From: an uncultured bacterium
Lineage (GTDB): Bacteria > Zixibacteria > MSB-5A5 > CAIYYT01
DNA length: 64,000 nt
Direction of reading: 5' to 3'
Assembly (NCBI GenBank): GCA_963726455.1
Contig: CAVSCK010000004.1
Coordinates: forward strand, 1,504,001-1,568,000
Part shown: positions 39,930 through 50,836 of the stretch, in pieces
How positions within the stretch are numbered: position 1 is the stretch's first letter
How the letters are laid out: every line of letters begins with the position of its first letter
Made by a program: the position numbers and the translations under genes
Notes under the pieces: generated by a model
Told to the model about the DNA's origin: nothing
Database searches by the model: none
The model's input: only the letters and a program-made list of their open reading frames with translations

Positions 39930-42053
39930 CTACTTCACACTTGTCAGTACGAATCGCGCATCGACCGCGCGAGTTGCGGCACGGTCGGCGGAGACGATAA
40001 AGGGGTTGACGTCGATTTCGGCGAAGTCAGGAAAATCCAGCACCAGTTGCGACAGCTTCAAAATCGAATCCTCGGCAGAGGCAATGTTGACGGCTTTAGA
40101 ACCGCGAAATCCGGTGAGCAGCTTGTAGCCCTTGAGAGACTCGATCATCTCTTTGACGTCGACATCGGTCAGCGGCGGGATGCGGAAGGAGACGTCTTTC
40201 ATCACTTCGACATAGATGCCGCCCAATCCGAACATGATCAACGGTCCGAATGACGGGTCGGTGGTCATGCCGATCACAGTTTCGATGCCGCCCTGGATCA
40301 TTTCCTGCACCACGACAGAGAATTTTTCTTTGCTTTTCGGGAAGGCCTTTTTGATGCGCTTCTCCATGTCGGCGTACGCCTCGACAACTTCGTCGGGCGT
40401 GCGGAGGTTGATGGCAACGGCGCCAAACTCAGTTTTGTGAAGAATGTGCGGCGTGTTGACCTTGATCACGACCGGCGCGTCGATCCGCGCAGCAATTTTC
40501 CCGGCCTCTTCCTTGCTGTGCGCATACTTGTATGAGGCAACCGGGATATCGTAGCAGGTCAATATTTGCAGCGCCTCGTCGCCGATGATTGCGTCCTTGT
40601 GCTCCTGGCGATGGCGGCTGATGATCTCCGCAACTTTCTTCTTGTCGCCCTTAATCTTCGGCAGTGTCCCTTCCGGGCGCGAAAGCCAGCGACGGTGTTT
40701 GTCGATCAACGCCAACATGGTGGCAACCGACTCCGGGAAAATCATCGCCGGTATATTGTGTTCTTTCAGGCGCTCAAAAGCTCCCGTGCCGTAGGTCACG
40801 CCCATAAAGCAGGCATAAATCGGCAGTTTCGAGATTTGCGCTGTCTCGATGATGGCGTCCGCGACCAAAGTCTGATCGATGGTCACAGGCGGCACGCAGA
40901 TCGCGATGATCGAATCGATGTTGGGATCCTTGATCACGTGCGACAGCGCCTTTTTGAATTCCAAACCGGTAGCGCCGGCAACAAGATCAAGCGGGTTGTT
41001 TACCGGTGTGTCAGGAGGCAAGATCGGTTTGATCGCTGCGACGGTTTTGGGCGAAAATTCGGGCAATTTCATGCCGACACCGACCAATGCATCGGTCGCC
41101 AGAATTCCCGGACCGCCCGCATTCGTAACGATTGCCACGCGGTTGCCTTTGGGGACGGGCATCTTGACCAGGCCATTGGCGACGTCGAACATCTCCTCGA
41201 TCGTGTTCACGCGAATGATACCGGTCTGCTCGAACAACGCATCGACCGACACATCCAGGCCTGCCAGTGCGCCGGTATGGGACGACGCCGCGGCCGCACC
41301 CTTGGTGGTCTTACCCGATTTCACGACAATCACCGGCTTGGTGCGGGTGATCTCGCGGGCGATTCGGCTGAAGATACGCGGATCGGAGAAGTTTTCGAGA
41401 TAGAGCAGGATGATTTCGACGGTCGGATCATCCCGCCAGTATTCCATGATATCGGTGTCTTTGAGGTCGGCCTTGTTACCGATGGAGGCAAACATCGAAA
41501 GACCGAGGTTGATTTCCTGCGCCTGCGCCAGAATTGCCTCGCCGAGCGCGCCGGATTGCGTGATGTAGCCGATCTTGCCGAAGCCGGGACGGATTTTCGA
41601 GAACGTGGCGTCCAGGTGAAATTTCGGATCGGCGTTGATGATGCCGAAACAGTTCGGGCCGATCATACGCATGTTGTATTTATTCAGGATGGCGACGATC
41701 TTGTCTTCAAGTACCGCGCCCGCTTTGCCGGTCTCTTTGAATCCGGCGGTGATCATGAGAATTCCTTTGACGCCTTTTTCGCCGCACTGTTCGACGACTT
41801 CCTCGGTGAGTTCTTTGGGGACAACAACGACCGCTAAATCCACCATATCGGGCACGTCCAGGATGGTGGAATAGCATTTGATCGAGTGGATGACCGATTT
41901 GGTGGGGTTGACCGGGAAGACTTTCCCTTCGAATTCGTAGTCGATGATGTTGTGGAGCAATTCCCTGCCGATTGATCCCTTGCGGTTAGTCGCGCCGATC
42001 ACGGCAATCGACTTGGGCCGGAAGATAAAATCAAGACTCCCTTTCACGGTCAT
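39930..42053 (-). CDS. ADP-forming acyl/acetate-CoA ligase (fused alpha-beta)
   Basis: PKSIAVIGA, GPNCFG, TQSGA, SHTGALAG, HKTEFG, FGPLIMFGLGGIYVE, EIDVNP. Confidence 0.93.
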   Translation of the reverse strand: MTVKGSLDFIFRPKSIAVIGATNRKGSIGRELLHNIIDYEFEGKVFPVNPTKSVIHSIKCYSTILDVPDMVDLAVVVVPKELTEEVVEQCGEKGVKGILMITAGFKETGKAGAVLEDKIVAILNKYNMRMIGPNCFGIINADPKFHLDATFSKIRPGFGKIGYITQSGALGEAILAQAQEINLGLSMFASIGNKADLKDTDIMEYWRDDPTVEIILLYLENFSDPRIFSRIAREITRTKPVIVVKSGKTTKGAAAASSHTGALAGLDVSVDALFEQTGIIRVNTIEEMFDVANGLVKMPVPKGNRVAIVTNAGGPGILATDALVGVGMKLPEFSPKTVAAIKPILPPDTPVNNPLDLVAGATGLEFKKALSHVIKDPNIDSIIAICVPPVTIDQTLVADAIIETAQISKLPIYACFMGVTYGTGAFERLKEHNIPAMIFPESVATMLALIDKHRRWLSRPEGTLPKIKGDKKKVAEIISRHRQEHKDAIIGDEALQILTCYDIPVASYKYAHSKEEAGKIAARIDAPVVIKVNTPHILHKTEFGAVAINLRTPDEVVEAYADMEKRIKKAFPKSKEKFSVVVQEMIQGGIETVIGMTTDPSFGPLIMFGLGGIYVEVMKDVSFRIPPLTDVDVKEMIESLKGYKLLTGFRGSKAVNIASAEDSILKLSQLVLDFPDFAEIDVNPFIVSADRAATRAVDARFVLTSVK

Positions 42054-42338
42054 ATCCTTTCGCAGAAAGGCGTTTCGCCGAGATGATACGTGAGAAGAAG
42101 GGGAAAGGCAAGGTGAATGTTGGCGGAGATGGCGCGAACTCAGTGGCAGATACCACAGCGAAAGCGAAACCTAAGAACTCTCGCTTCAGGCTAGATTAGC
42201 GTGTCGCGCCGAAAATTAAAACTTGACAACATGTCTTGAATTTGCATGAATACTCTCGACGCTGCAAACTGCGCGTCACGTGTCTTAGGTTATCGGCCTA
42301 GATACGGAGTTTAAGAATTACTTAACTCGGAGGTCTAT

Positions 42339-43523
42339 ATGACCAAACTCACCTTTCCTGTCCTGGCCTTCAGGCACATTGATACTCAATTTCTCAACAA
42401 TGGGTTGAAGAACTATTACGCGGTTCTGAATACGCGAGACTTGCCCAATTTCACAGGTTGGCGAAAAATCAATGTCCGTGATCCTAAACTAAAAGGCGCC
42501 GTTCCTCACGCCATAAGAATGAGCTATCGCGAGAAGCCAGACATGTTCATCTTCATGAACCGAGGTATAGTCATTTCTGTTTCTTCCGTCGTGTTCGACA
42601 ACAAGTCCTCTCGAATTACTATCGAACTGAAGGATCCTGATTTGCACGGTCTTCTCGATGGCGGTCACACATACAACATCATTCTCGAGGAGCGCGAGGA
42701 TCAATCGGTTGACCAATACGTGAAAGTAGAAATTCTAGAGGGTCTTTCACACGAAGACATTACGCAGATTGTCGATGCGAGGAATACATCGAATCAAGTG
42801 AGAGACGAAAGCCTAATGAATCTAAGTGGCGAATTCGAGAAATTGAAGAAAGCCCTTGAAGGGGCGCCTTACTTCGAGTCGATAGCATTTAAGGAATACG
42901 AACTTGACAAGAACGGGGATCCTAAGCCTATCGACGTTAGAGAAATCATCGCGATTCTGACAGCGTTTGATCGAGATAACTTCGATGACAAGGTACACCC
43001 AATCAACACTTACAGATCTAAAGCCGCATGTTTAAAACACTTCAAGGAACATCCTGAATCGTACAAGAGGATCTATCCGCTCGCAAAGGAGATATTGGAA
43101 CTCTATGATCACATTCAGGAGAAACTGCCGGAGCTCTACAATCAAGTTAGAGGCCAAACCGGTGACGTCAGTGGTGGAAAGTTCGGGAAAATGACTGGAG
43201 TGACCTTCCATAAGACGTTTCCGAAAACCCACAATTATCTTTTCTTCCTCGACAAGAGGACCAAGTACGGTGTTCCGGACGGCTTTACTTATCCAATCCT
43301 GGGCGGATTCAGAGCTCTGTTGGAAGAGAGGTCTGGCAGATACGTTTGGGGCAAGAGTCTCCATCCAGTCGTACTCTTGAACGGTGAGTTAGGATTGAAG
43401 CTCGCGGATACGATTGGGAATTTTGCATTAGAAGCCCAGAATCCATCTAAGACTGGCAAATCGCCTTTGGTGTGGCAGGCCTGCTATCAGTCGGTTCAAG
43501 TGGCATATCTGACGGCCAAGTAG
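42339..43523 (+). CDS. AIPR family (abortive infection phage resistance) protein
   Basis: NVRDP, FIFMNRGIVI, LLDGGHT, ARNTSNQV; more AT-rich than flanks. Confidence 0.8.
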   Translation: MTKLTFPVLAFRHIDTQFLNNGLKNYYAVLNTRDLPNFTGWRKINVRDPKLKGAVPHAIRMSYREKPDMFIFMNRGIVISVSSVVFDNKSSRITIELKDPDLHGLLDGGHTYNIILEEREDQSVDQYVKVEILEGLSHEDITQIVDARNTSNQVRDESLMNLSGEFEKLKKALEGAPYFESIAFKEYELDKNGDPKPIDVREIIAILTAFDRDNFDDKVHPINTYRSKAACLKHFKEHPESYKRIYPLAKEILELYDHIQEKLPELYNQVRGQTGDVSGGKFGKMTGVTFHKTFPKTHNYLFFLDKRTKYGVPDGFTYPILGGFRALLEERSGRYVWGKSLHPVVLLNGELGLKLADTIGNFALEAQNPSKTGKSPLVWQACYQSVQVAYLTAK

Positions 43524-43744
43524 CTCCGAGGGCTGTTGGTGAGGAGCACAGAAGCCCGCGCCGTTGACTAATGACGTCAACGGCGCGTCTGTACTTCGAG
43601 GTAAGCATCACTGCGCTACCCGCCTATCAAGCGGGAACCGCGCATTCCACTTTTCCCTTACCATTCCCCACAAAATTTTGTATCGTAACCGATCTAGAGA
43701 GCAGCATGGCGGTACTTGGCAATTTCGACGGAAGGTAGATAGAT

Positions 43745-45430
43745 ATGGCGACGGAAACGAATCGACCCTCGAATTTCATTCGGGACATCATTGATGAAGA
43801 TATGAAGACCGGCAAGTTCGGCGGCAAGGTGCAAACACGCTTTCCACCGGAACCGAACGGGTATCTTCATATCGGACACGCCAAGTCGATCTGCCTCAAT
43901 TTCGGGCTGGCGCGCGACTACGGCGGCAAATGCAATCTGCGCTTCGATGACACCAACCCGATCAAGGAAGAGTTGGAGTATGTTGATGCAATCAAAGAGG
44001 ATGTGCGCTGGCTCGGCTGGGATTGGGAAGATCGCGAACTGTACGCCTCGGATTACTACGAACAGCTCTACCAGTACGCGATTCAGCTCATCAATAAAGG
44101 GGTCGCATTTGTTTGCGACCTGACCGCCGACCAGATTCGCGAATATCGCGGCACGCTGACGACTCCCGGCAAGGAAAGTCCCTGGCGCAACCGTTCCGTC
44201 GAGGAAAATCTTGATCTGTTCGGCCGCATGAAAGCCGGCGAATTTCCGGATGGCTCCAAAACATTGCGCGCCAAGATCGACATGTCATCGGGCAATATTA
44301 ACCTGCGCGATCCCGTGATGTACCGCATCGTGCGGGCGACGCACCACCGCACCGGCGACACGTGGTGCATCTATCCGATGTATGACTGGGCGCATGGGCA
44401 GAGCGATTCAATCGAGGGAATTACGCATTCGATTTGCACGCTCGAATTTGAGGATCACCGGCCGCTTTACGACTGGTTTGTCGAACGGTTGGGGATTCAC
44501 CATCCACAGCAAATCGAGTTCGCGCGGTTGAATCTCAATTACACGGTCATGAGCAAGCGGAAGCTGTTGGAGTTGGTCAAAGATAACCACGTCAGCGGCT
44601 GGGATGATCCACGTATGCCGACGATCTGCGGATTGCGGCGCCGTGGTTTTACACCGGAGTCGATTCGGAATTTTGCCGACAAGATCGGCGTCGCCAAAGC
44701 CGATTCCACGGTTGATATCGCGCTGCTGGAGGCCTGCCTACGCGAACATCTGAATTTGATCGCGCCGCGCGTGATGGCAGTTTTGCGGCCACTCAGAGTG
44801 GTGATTGACAATTATCCTGACGGCAAAGTCGAGGAACTCGAGGCGGTCAACAATCCGGAGGATCCCAACAGCGGAACCCGGATGATGCCTTTCTCGAAAG
44901 TCATTTATGTCGAGCAGGAGGATTTTCGCGAGGACCCACCCAAGAAGTTTTTCCGTTTGGCGCCCGGACGTGAAGTGAGATTAAAACACGCGTATTACAT
45001 CACCTGCCAGAGTGTGGTCAAGGACGCCAAGACCGGCGAGGTAACCGAATTGCACTGCACCTACGATCCGCAGTCGCGCGGCGGCGGCACGCCCGACAAT
45101 CGCAAGGTCGAGGGCACACTACACTGGGTCTCGGCGCAGCACGCTGTCGATGCCGAAGTTCGCCTGTTCGACCGATTGTTCAGCGTCGAGGATCCTGACC
45201 GCAGCGAAGAAGGCAAGGATTTCAAATCCAACCTTAATCTGAATTCGCTTGAAGTACTGACCGGCTGCAAAGTCGAGCCGTCCTTGAACAACGCTTCATC
45301 CGGCAGCAAGTATCAGTTCCTGCGCCAGGGATATTTCTGTGTCGATCCCGATTCGAAACCGGGCCGACCGGTGTTCAATCGCGCCGTCGGGCTGAGGGAC
45401 AGCTGGGCGAAGATTGAGAAGCGGAAGTAG
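43745..45430 (+). CDS. glnS: Glutamine--tRNA ligase
   Basis: [29 protein letters not shown]. Confidence 0.97.
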   Translation: MATETNRPSNFIRDIIDEDMKTGKFGGKVQTRFPPEPNGYLHIGHAKSICLNFGLARDYGGKCNLRFDDTNPIKEELEYVDAIKEDVRWLGWDWEDRELYASDYYEQLYQYAIQLINKGVAFVCDLTADQIREYRGTLTTPGKESPWRNRSVEENLDLFGRMKAGEFPDGSKTLRAKIDMSSGNINLRDPVMYRIVRATHHRTGDTWCIYPMYDWAHGQSDSIEGITHSICTLEFEDHRPLYDWFVERLGIHHPQQIEFARLNLNYTVMSKRKLLELVKDNHVSGWDDPRMPTICGLRRRGFTPESIRNFADKIGVAKADSTVDIALLEACLREHLNLIAPRVMAVLRPLRVVIDNYPDGKVEELEAVNNPEDPNSGTRMMPFSKVIYVEQEDFREDPPKKFFRLAPGREVRLKHAYYITCQSVVKDAKTGEVTELHCTYDPQSRGGGTPDNRKVEGTLHWVSAQHAVDAEVRLFDRLFSVEDPDRSEEGKDFKSNLNLNSLEVLTGCKVEPSLNNASSGSKYQFLRQGYFCVDPDSKPGRPVFNRAVGLRDSWAKIEKRK

Positions 45431-45529
45431 TGGTTTGGCGATTCGACTCGGGCGCAATTGCACAAGACCGTATATCGAGCGTTACTTCTTCTGACAAGAT
45501 CAGGTGATCGCTAAAGTTAAGGAGATAGA

Positions 45530-46336
45530 GTGACAAGGGCGTGGCAAACTCTGGCGATGGTGATTCTGCTGGCGGGAGATCTGCAGCCAAGACTGGTGTC
45601 GAAATGGCCGTACGAAGTGCCGCCAATTAGCAAGCGAGGGTTCTACCTTCATATCAACATGGATAAGCCGACTTTCAAACGGTATGAAGACATTCGCGTG
45701 ATTTGCTGGTTGGAGAACACAACGGATAAGAGCCAATGTTATAACTCCTGGGATAAGTTGAACTTCGAGTTATTTGAGGAAAGTGGAAGACCGGTAGAGT
45801 CCTGCTTGCCAAACATCGAATACTCCATTGTTCAGCGCGTTGACAAGTGGGGAAAGCCGATCAATAATTACGTCGAGGTTGCTCCCCATGAGTCTGAAAT
45901 GGCGGACACTTTTAATTTGCTTGCGAGTTACGGCTTCGGCCATACCTGGGAATGCTTCTACTTGCCGGTTGGAAAGTACCTCTTAACCTGCTCGAAAACC
46001 TTGTCCGACCGGGTGTTCTTTGAGGTCGTTGAGCCGACAGACTCACTCGAGGCTAGAGCTGTCTGCCTGATGGACCGTGCTCTGGATCAACATCTTACTG
46101 TCCCTGGACACGAAGCGACCGGCCCCTATTTCTGGCCTAATCAAGTGCAGAGATATAGGTTTCTTGCGGAATTGGTGGATTCATTTCCTCACGTCTATTT
46201 CATTCCGTGGGCGAATATGTACCTGCATAGGTCTGCCGGCTATCTGATCGATAGCCCGCAATGGAAAGACTCGGTCACGGACGCTGATCGCGAGAGTTTG
46301 CGAAGACACGGATACGACCCAACTCCAAGCCAATAG
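45530..46336 (+). CDS. Hypothetical, probably exported protein
   Basis: SD aaggag plus GTG, short hydrophobic N-terminus, Ig-like strand pattern. Confidence 0.6.
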   Translation: MTRAWQTLAMVILLAGDLQPRLVSKWPYEVPPISKRGFYLHINMDKPTFKRYEDIRVICWLENTTDKSQCYNSWDKLNFELFEESGRPVESCLPNIEYSIVQRVDKWGKPINNYVEVAPHESEMADTFNLLASYGFGHTWECFYLPVGKYLLTCSKTLSDRVFFEVVEPTDSLEARAVCLMDRALDQHLTVPGHEATGPYFWPNQVQRYRFLAELVDSFPHVYFIPWANMYLHRSAGYLIDSPQWKDSVTDADRESLRRHGYDPTPSQ

Positions 46337-46441
46337 AAGGAGTCAGCGTTATCTAATTGCTTCTTGGCGCTGAGATCACTTCCGGCGCCTAACCGATTAT
46401 GCTTGCGAGCTAATCGATTGTTTGGTTGTATAGCTGTTGTC

Positions 46442-47359
46442 ATGCTAACTTCAGTACATTTCTTACTCAGTTACCAGTGTACGTCCGAGTGCGATCACTG
46501 CTTCTTGTATTGTAGTCCGCAGGCGGAAGGGACATTCACGCTCGCGAAGTTGCGACAAGCGTTCGACCAGATTCGCCAGGTGAAGTCAATCACGGAAGTA
46601 TATTTCGAGGGTGGCGAGCCGTTCCTGTTTTATCCGCTGCTGGTGGCGGGAGTCCGCTACGCGTGCCAACAGGGACTTACGGTCGGCATCGTGTCCAACT
46701 CGTACTGGGCGACCTCGGTTGAAGATGCCGAAGCATGGCTGCAACCGCTGGCCGAGTTGGGCATCAGTGACCTGAGTTTGAGCGATGATCTGCTCCACTA
46801 TAACAATGTCGAGAACTCTCCTGCCAAAATGGCTCTTGCCGCTGCCAAAAGACTCGGAATTCCGGCGGACACGATTTGTATCGAGTCGCCGGAGACCGTC
46901 ATTGCCGACGACGCGGAGAACAAGGGGAAACCGATAGTCAAGGGTGGTGTCAAGTTCAGAGGGAGAGCAGTTGAGAAGCTAGCTGAAGGCATTCCGCGGC
47001 AGCCATGGAAGAATCTGACAAGTTGTCCGCATGAGGATTTGGAGAATCCTGAGCGTGTGCACCTGGACGCTTTTGGGAATGTGCATCTCTGTCAGGGCCT
47101 GTTGATGGGGAATATCTGGCAGACACCGCTATCGGAATTGATCCGCACTTACGACCCGAAGAGCCACCCGATTTGTGGCCCACTGCTCAAAGGCGGCCCG
47201 GCGCTCCTCGCCCAAAAATACGGTGTTGCGTTAGAGCCGGAATACATCGAGGAATGTCATTTGTGTTATCTGGTGCGGCGCGCTTTGATCGATCGATTTC
47301 CGGCAGTACTTGGTCCGAGACAAGTCTACGGATTGTCAAAAGCCCCCGCTGTAAGCTAA
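46442..47359 (+). CDS. Radical SAM protein with C-terminal Cys motifs
   Basis: CTSECDHC, FEGGEPF, C-terminal HLCQG and CHLC. Confidence 0.88.
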   Translation: MLTSVHFLLSYQCTSECDHCFLYCSPQAEGTFTLAKLRQAFDQIRQVKSITEVYFEGGEPFLFYPLLVAGVRYACQQGLTVGIVSNSYWATSVEDAEAWLQPLAELGISDLSLSDDLLHYNNVENSPAKMALAAAKRLGIPADTICIESPETVIADDAENKGKPIVKGGVKFRGRAVEKLAEGIPRQPWKNLTSCPHEDLENPERVHLDAFGNVHLCQGLLMGNIWQTPLSELIRTYDPKSHPICGPLLKGGPALLAQKYGVALEPEYIEECHLCYLVRRALIDRFPAVLGPRQVYGLSKAPAVS

Positions 47360-47360
47360 C

Positions 47361-47394
47361 AATAAAAAAGAAGCGGCTCCGTCTCCAGAGCCGC
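47361..47394 (-). terminator. Rho-independent terminator with the U-tract on the minus strand
   Basis: gcggctc-N8-gagccgc followed by ttcttttttatt on the minus strand. Confidence 0.75.
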
Positions 47395-47488
47395 AGGACG
47401 CCCACTAACCTGCTTCTGGGAGTTAGTGGTATCACCGTATCGTAATGGTCTATTCAATTCCGTCACGACGGTGACGTCGTAACTCAGC
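47362..47488 (-). ncRNA. Candidate sigma-54-dependent sRNA (about 125 nt)
   Basis: Bounded by a -24/-12-like motif and a terminator; internal hairpins. Confidence 0.45.
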
Positions 47489-47498
47489 ATAATGACTA

Positions 47499-47514
47499 TT
47501 CAAGTTGCGTGCCA
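47499..47514 (-). promoter_or_regulatory. sigma-54-like promoter
   Basis: TGGCAC-gcaac-TTGAA (one mismatch, at the -12 C). Confidence 0.5.
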
Positions 47515-47938
47515 AAATCGCCGGCTTCGTAAGCGTATGATCTATAAAGGGAATGGGGCGCCGAAGATGCAGACGTTTGCAGTTTCGCTCAAATTGAGAG
47601 TGCAACAATCGCCTGATATTTGCTATCTGCCGGACGTTTGTATCAAATCGGTTCGCAAAAATTGGATTGCAGCGGCGGAATAGCGCGCTATCTTTCGGTT
47701 GTAGTTGGACTGCTCTTTTGTGTTGCCGGACGGCAAAATCGCCGGATTTTGGAATTTGTCTGCGCAAAAGGTGGATAAAAACAGGCAACACCGTCCGATG
47801 AATAGAGTATAAGAGTTATCATGCACTGGCCAAGGTGCTTGTCAAAAAGGATTATGCATTTTGTCGCTTGCAACAGACGGGCGGCCAAACAGTTTTCTGG
47901 TTTGTGAATTTCGAATCTCAAGATAATGAGGTGATCTG

Positions 47939-49765
47939 ATGTGCGGAATTGTTGCATATATCGGCCAAAGGCCCGCTTGTGACATCCTGATTAACGGGCT
48001 TAAGCGTTTGGAATACCGTGGCTATGACTCCGCCGGACTGGCGCTGTTGGAGAACGGCCAAATTCTGTTCGAGAAGACTGCGGGCAAGATCAAGGTTCTC
48101 GAAGAGCAACTTGAAGGACGGTCATTTTCGGCCACCGCCGGAATCGCTCATACACGCTGGGCCACACACGGCGTGCCGAACGACATCAACGCGCATCCGC
48201 ACCTCGACTGCTCCGGCAAGATTGCAGTCGTCCACAACGGCATCATTGAAAATTTCAAAACCTTGCGTGCCCTGCTTGAACGGAAGGGCCATGCTTTCGA
48301 AAGCGATACGGACACGGAAGTTATCGCGCACCTGATCGAGGAATACTACGACGACAATCTGACCCGCGCCGTCCAGCTGGCTATGTCACAGGTTGAGGGC
48401 ACTTACGGAATCGCGGTTCTTTGCCTCGACCAGCCGGATGTTATTGTCGCGGCCCGCCATGGTTCGCCTCTGGTCGCCGGTCTGGGCGACGGCGAAAATC
48501 TGGTGGCTTCCGACGTGTCGGCCATGTTGGAGCACACCAAGAAAGTCGTTTACCTCGGTGAGGGCGAAGTCGTCACAATTTCCCGCGACGGAATTCAAAT
48601 AGCGACGATGGACAATTTGCCGGTTTCGCCCAAATATCAAGAGATCGAGTGGGATCTGGTGCAGCTTGAAAAGGGCGGCTTCCAGCACTTCATGGCGAAA
48701 GAGATTTTCGAGCAGCCCACGACAATTCAGAATGCCATTCGCGGCCGGTTGAATTTTAGTGCCGGCACGGCGCGCTTAAACGGTCTCAAATTGCAGGCCG
48801 ATGAATTGCTCCACCTGAAGCGGATTATCATTTCTGCGTGTGGAACTTCCTGGCATTCCGCCTTAATCGGCGAATACATGATCGAAGACCTGGCGCGCAT
48901 CCCGGTCGAGGTTGAATACGCCTCGGAATTCCGATATCGTGCCCCGATTATCGAAGAGGGCACACTTGTCTTCGTCATCAGCCAATCAGGCGAGACGGCT
49001 GATACGCTTGCCGCAATGCGCGAAGCGAAGCAGAAGGGCGCCACGGTGCTGGGAATCTGCAATGTCGTCGGCTCCTCGATTGCGCGCGAATCAGATGGCG
49101 GCATTTACATCCACGCCGGACCGGAAATCGGTGTCGCCTCCACCAAGGCCTTCACGTCGCAGGTAACAGTGCTCGCGCTGTTGACACTGCTATTGGCGCG
49201 CCAGAGAAATATCTCGATTGAGAAAGGCCGGCAGATCATTGACGCCATGGACCGCATCTCCGACCTGGTCGAGGAACAACTGCAAAAAGAAGACGTGATC
49301 AAAGAAATCGCGGGAATGTATTACGACAAGAACAACTTCCTGTATCTTGGGCGCGGCATCAATTTCCCGGTGGCTCTTGAAGGCGCGTTGAAACTCAAGG
49401 AAATCTCATACATCCACGCCGAGGGGTATCCCGCTGCCGAGATGAAGCATGGCCCGATCGCGCTGATTGACGAAAACATGCCGGTCGTCGTGCTTGCGCA
49501 ACAGGATCAGGTGTATGACAAAGTCATCTCCAACATTCAGGAAATCAAGGCGCGTAACGGCCAAGTGATTGCGCTTGCCACCGAGGGCGATTCTGACATT
49601 GCCCGGCTTGCCAATCACGTTATCTACTTGCCGAAGGTGCCATACCACCTGTCACCGATTGTCTCGATCATTCCGCTGCAATTGCTGGCTTATCATATCG
49701 CCGTGCTGCGCGGCTGCGACGTGGATCAGCCGAGAAACCTCGCCAAATCGGTTACAGTGGAATAG
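47939..49765 (+). CDS. glmS: Glutamine--fructose-6-phosphate transaminase
   Basis: MCGIV, LEYRGYDSAG, HTRWATHG, SQSGET, PRNLAKSVTVE. Confidence 0.98.
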   Translation: MCGIVAYIGQRPACDILINGLKRLEYRGYDSAGLALLENGQILFEKTAGKIKVLEEQLEGRSFSATAGIAHTRWATHGVPNDINAHPHLDCSGKIAVVHNGIIENFKTLRALLERKGHAFESDTDTEVIAHLIEEYYDDNLTRAVQLAMSQVEGTYGIAVLCLDQPDVIVAARHGSPLVAGLGDGENLVASDVSAMLEHTKKVVYLGEGEVVTISRDGIQIATMDNLPVSPKYQEIEWDLVQLEKGGFQHFMAKEIFEQPTTIQNAIRGRLNFSAGTARLNGLKLQADELLHLKRIIISACGTSWHSALIGEYMIEDLARIPVEVEYASEFRYRAPIIEEGTLVFVISQSGETADTLAAMREAKQKGATVLGICNVVGSSIARESDGGIYIHAGPEIGVASTKAFTSQVTVLALLTLLLARQRNISIEKGRQIIDAMDRISDLVEEQLQKEDVIKEIAGMYYDKNNFLYLGRGINFPVALEGALKLKEISYIHAEGYPAAEMKHGPIALIDENMPVVVLAQQDQVYDKVISNIQEIKARNGQVIALATEGDSDIARLANHVIYLPKVPYHLSPIVSIIPLQLLAYHIAVLRGCDVDQPRNLAKSVTVE

Positions 49766-49778
49766 AGGAGTAGGGCGA

Positions 49779-50192
49779 ATGCGTGTCGATATTGCGTGGG
49801 TGAACGCCAAACAATTCGAGGCCACCAACGAGGAGGGGGCACAATTTCGCATGGACAGCAAACGCAAAGCGGGCGGCTCGGGCGATTATGCCAGCCCGAC
49901 CGATCACCTGCTGGCTGCGGCCGGCGGCTGCACGGGAATTGATGTCGTCTCTATCTTGCAGAAGATGCGGCAGGAATTCCGCTCACTCAAGATCGAGGTC
50001 GAGGGCACGCAGGCCGAAGAACATCCGAAGTATTTCACGCATATTCATCTGAGATACATCCTTGAAGGCGACAAGCTCGACCGCAGCAAGGTCGAGCAAG
50101 CTGTTGAATTCTCTCAGGACAAGTATTGTTCCGTGCGGGCGACACTGTCCGACAAATGCAAGGTGACCACCGAAATTGTGATCCTGCCCTGA
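49779..50192 (+). CDS. OsmC/YhfA family protein
   Basis: SP...LLAAAGGCTGIDV, SQDKYCSV. Confidence 0.88.
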   Translation: MRVDIAWVNAKQFEATNEEGAQFRMDSKRKAGGSGDYASPTDHLLAAAGGCTGIDVVSILQKMRQEFRSLKIEVEGTQAEEHPKYFTHIHLRYILEGDKLDRSKVEQAVEFSQDKYCSVRATLSDKCKVTTEIVILP

Positions 50193-50287
50193 CTTTCTCC
50201 CGACGCTGCAATTACGGCGTCGATTCACTTGCCTAATCCATCCTGCTTTGCTAGTCTTGTAGTGATGAAATTCCCGGCGGGACGTCA

Positions 50288-50824
50288 TTGAACGATTATC
50301 TCGAGTGGGTAAAGACATACCCACTTCTGTCCGCAGCGATCCAATTCGCCATTCTCGGTACTCTTGGCGAAGTCACATCTTTCAGTCTACGTGCAAAGAT
50401 ACCGGCTCTCCCCTGCTCGATCATACAACTAGTTTTCAAAGTTTTCGCCTGGGCGCTATTGGGAATCATAATCAAGTACGGATTTACCGGCATGAAGGGA
50501 TTTACGTCAGCCCTTCTCGAATACAATCTGCTGCCGTCGTTCTTAGCCGATGGAATCGGCTGGGCGTTTGCGGTATCGGTACTGACTAATATTTTATTCG
50601 GGCCGCAGATGATGTTCTTCCACCGGCTCGAAGACAACCTGATTCTGCGGGAATGGAACATGGCGGGGATTACAACGGCCTGGTGGACACTGATTTGGTT
50701 TTGGATACCGGCGCACACGGTCACGTTCAGTCTGCCGACAGACTATCAAATCGGCCTGGCTGCGGTTTGGTCACTGGTACTGGGACTGATTTTGGGGCTA
50801 AGCAAGAAGAAGAAATCAACCTGA
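50288..50824 (+). CDS. Mpv17/PMP22-like membrane protein
   Basis: FWIPAHTVTF..LP, about 5 TM segments; TTG start; TTGCCT-17-TAGTCT upstream. Confidence 0.7.
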   Translation: MNDYLEWVKTYPLLSAAIQFAILGTLGEVTSFSLRAKIPALPCSIIQLVFKVFAWALLGIIIKYGFTGMKGFTSALLEYNLLPSFLADGIGWAFAVSVLTNILFGPQMMFFHRLEDNLILREWNMAGITTAWWTLIWFWIPAHTVTFSLPTDYQIGLAAVWSLVLGLILGLSKKKKST

Positions 50825-50836
50825 CGGAGCTACACT

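Noticed and set aside
40566-41837. 423-aa plus-strand ORF and similar long antisense ORFs (13756, 30436, 57286)
   Set aside because: Shadow frames of well-supported opposite-strand genes in GC-rich DNA
42223-42256. sigma-70 promoter for the AIPR gene
   Set aside because: TTGACA is present but there is no convincing -10 box at 16-18 bp spacing
47360-47938. glmS ribozyme upstream of glmS
   Set aside because: I could not find the conserved AGCGCC...GACGAGG core; an Rfam scan would settle it
47450-47957. Short ORFs in the glmS upstream gap
   Set aside because: No SD, atypical composition, no recognisable motifs
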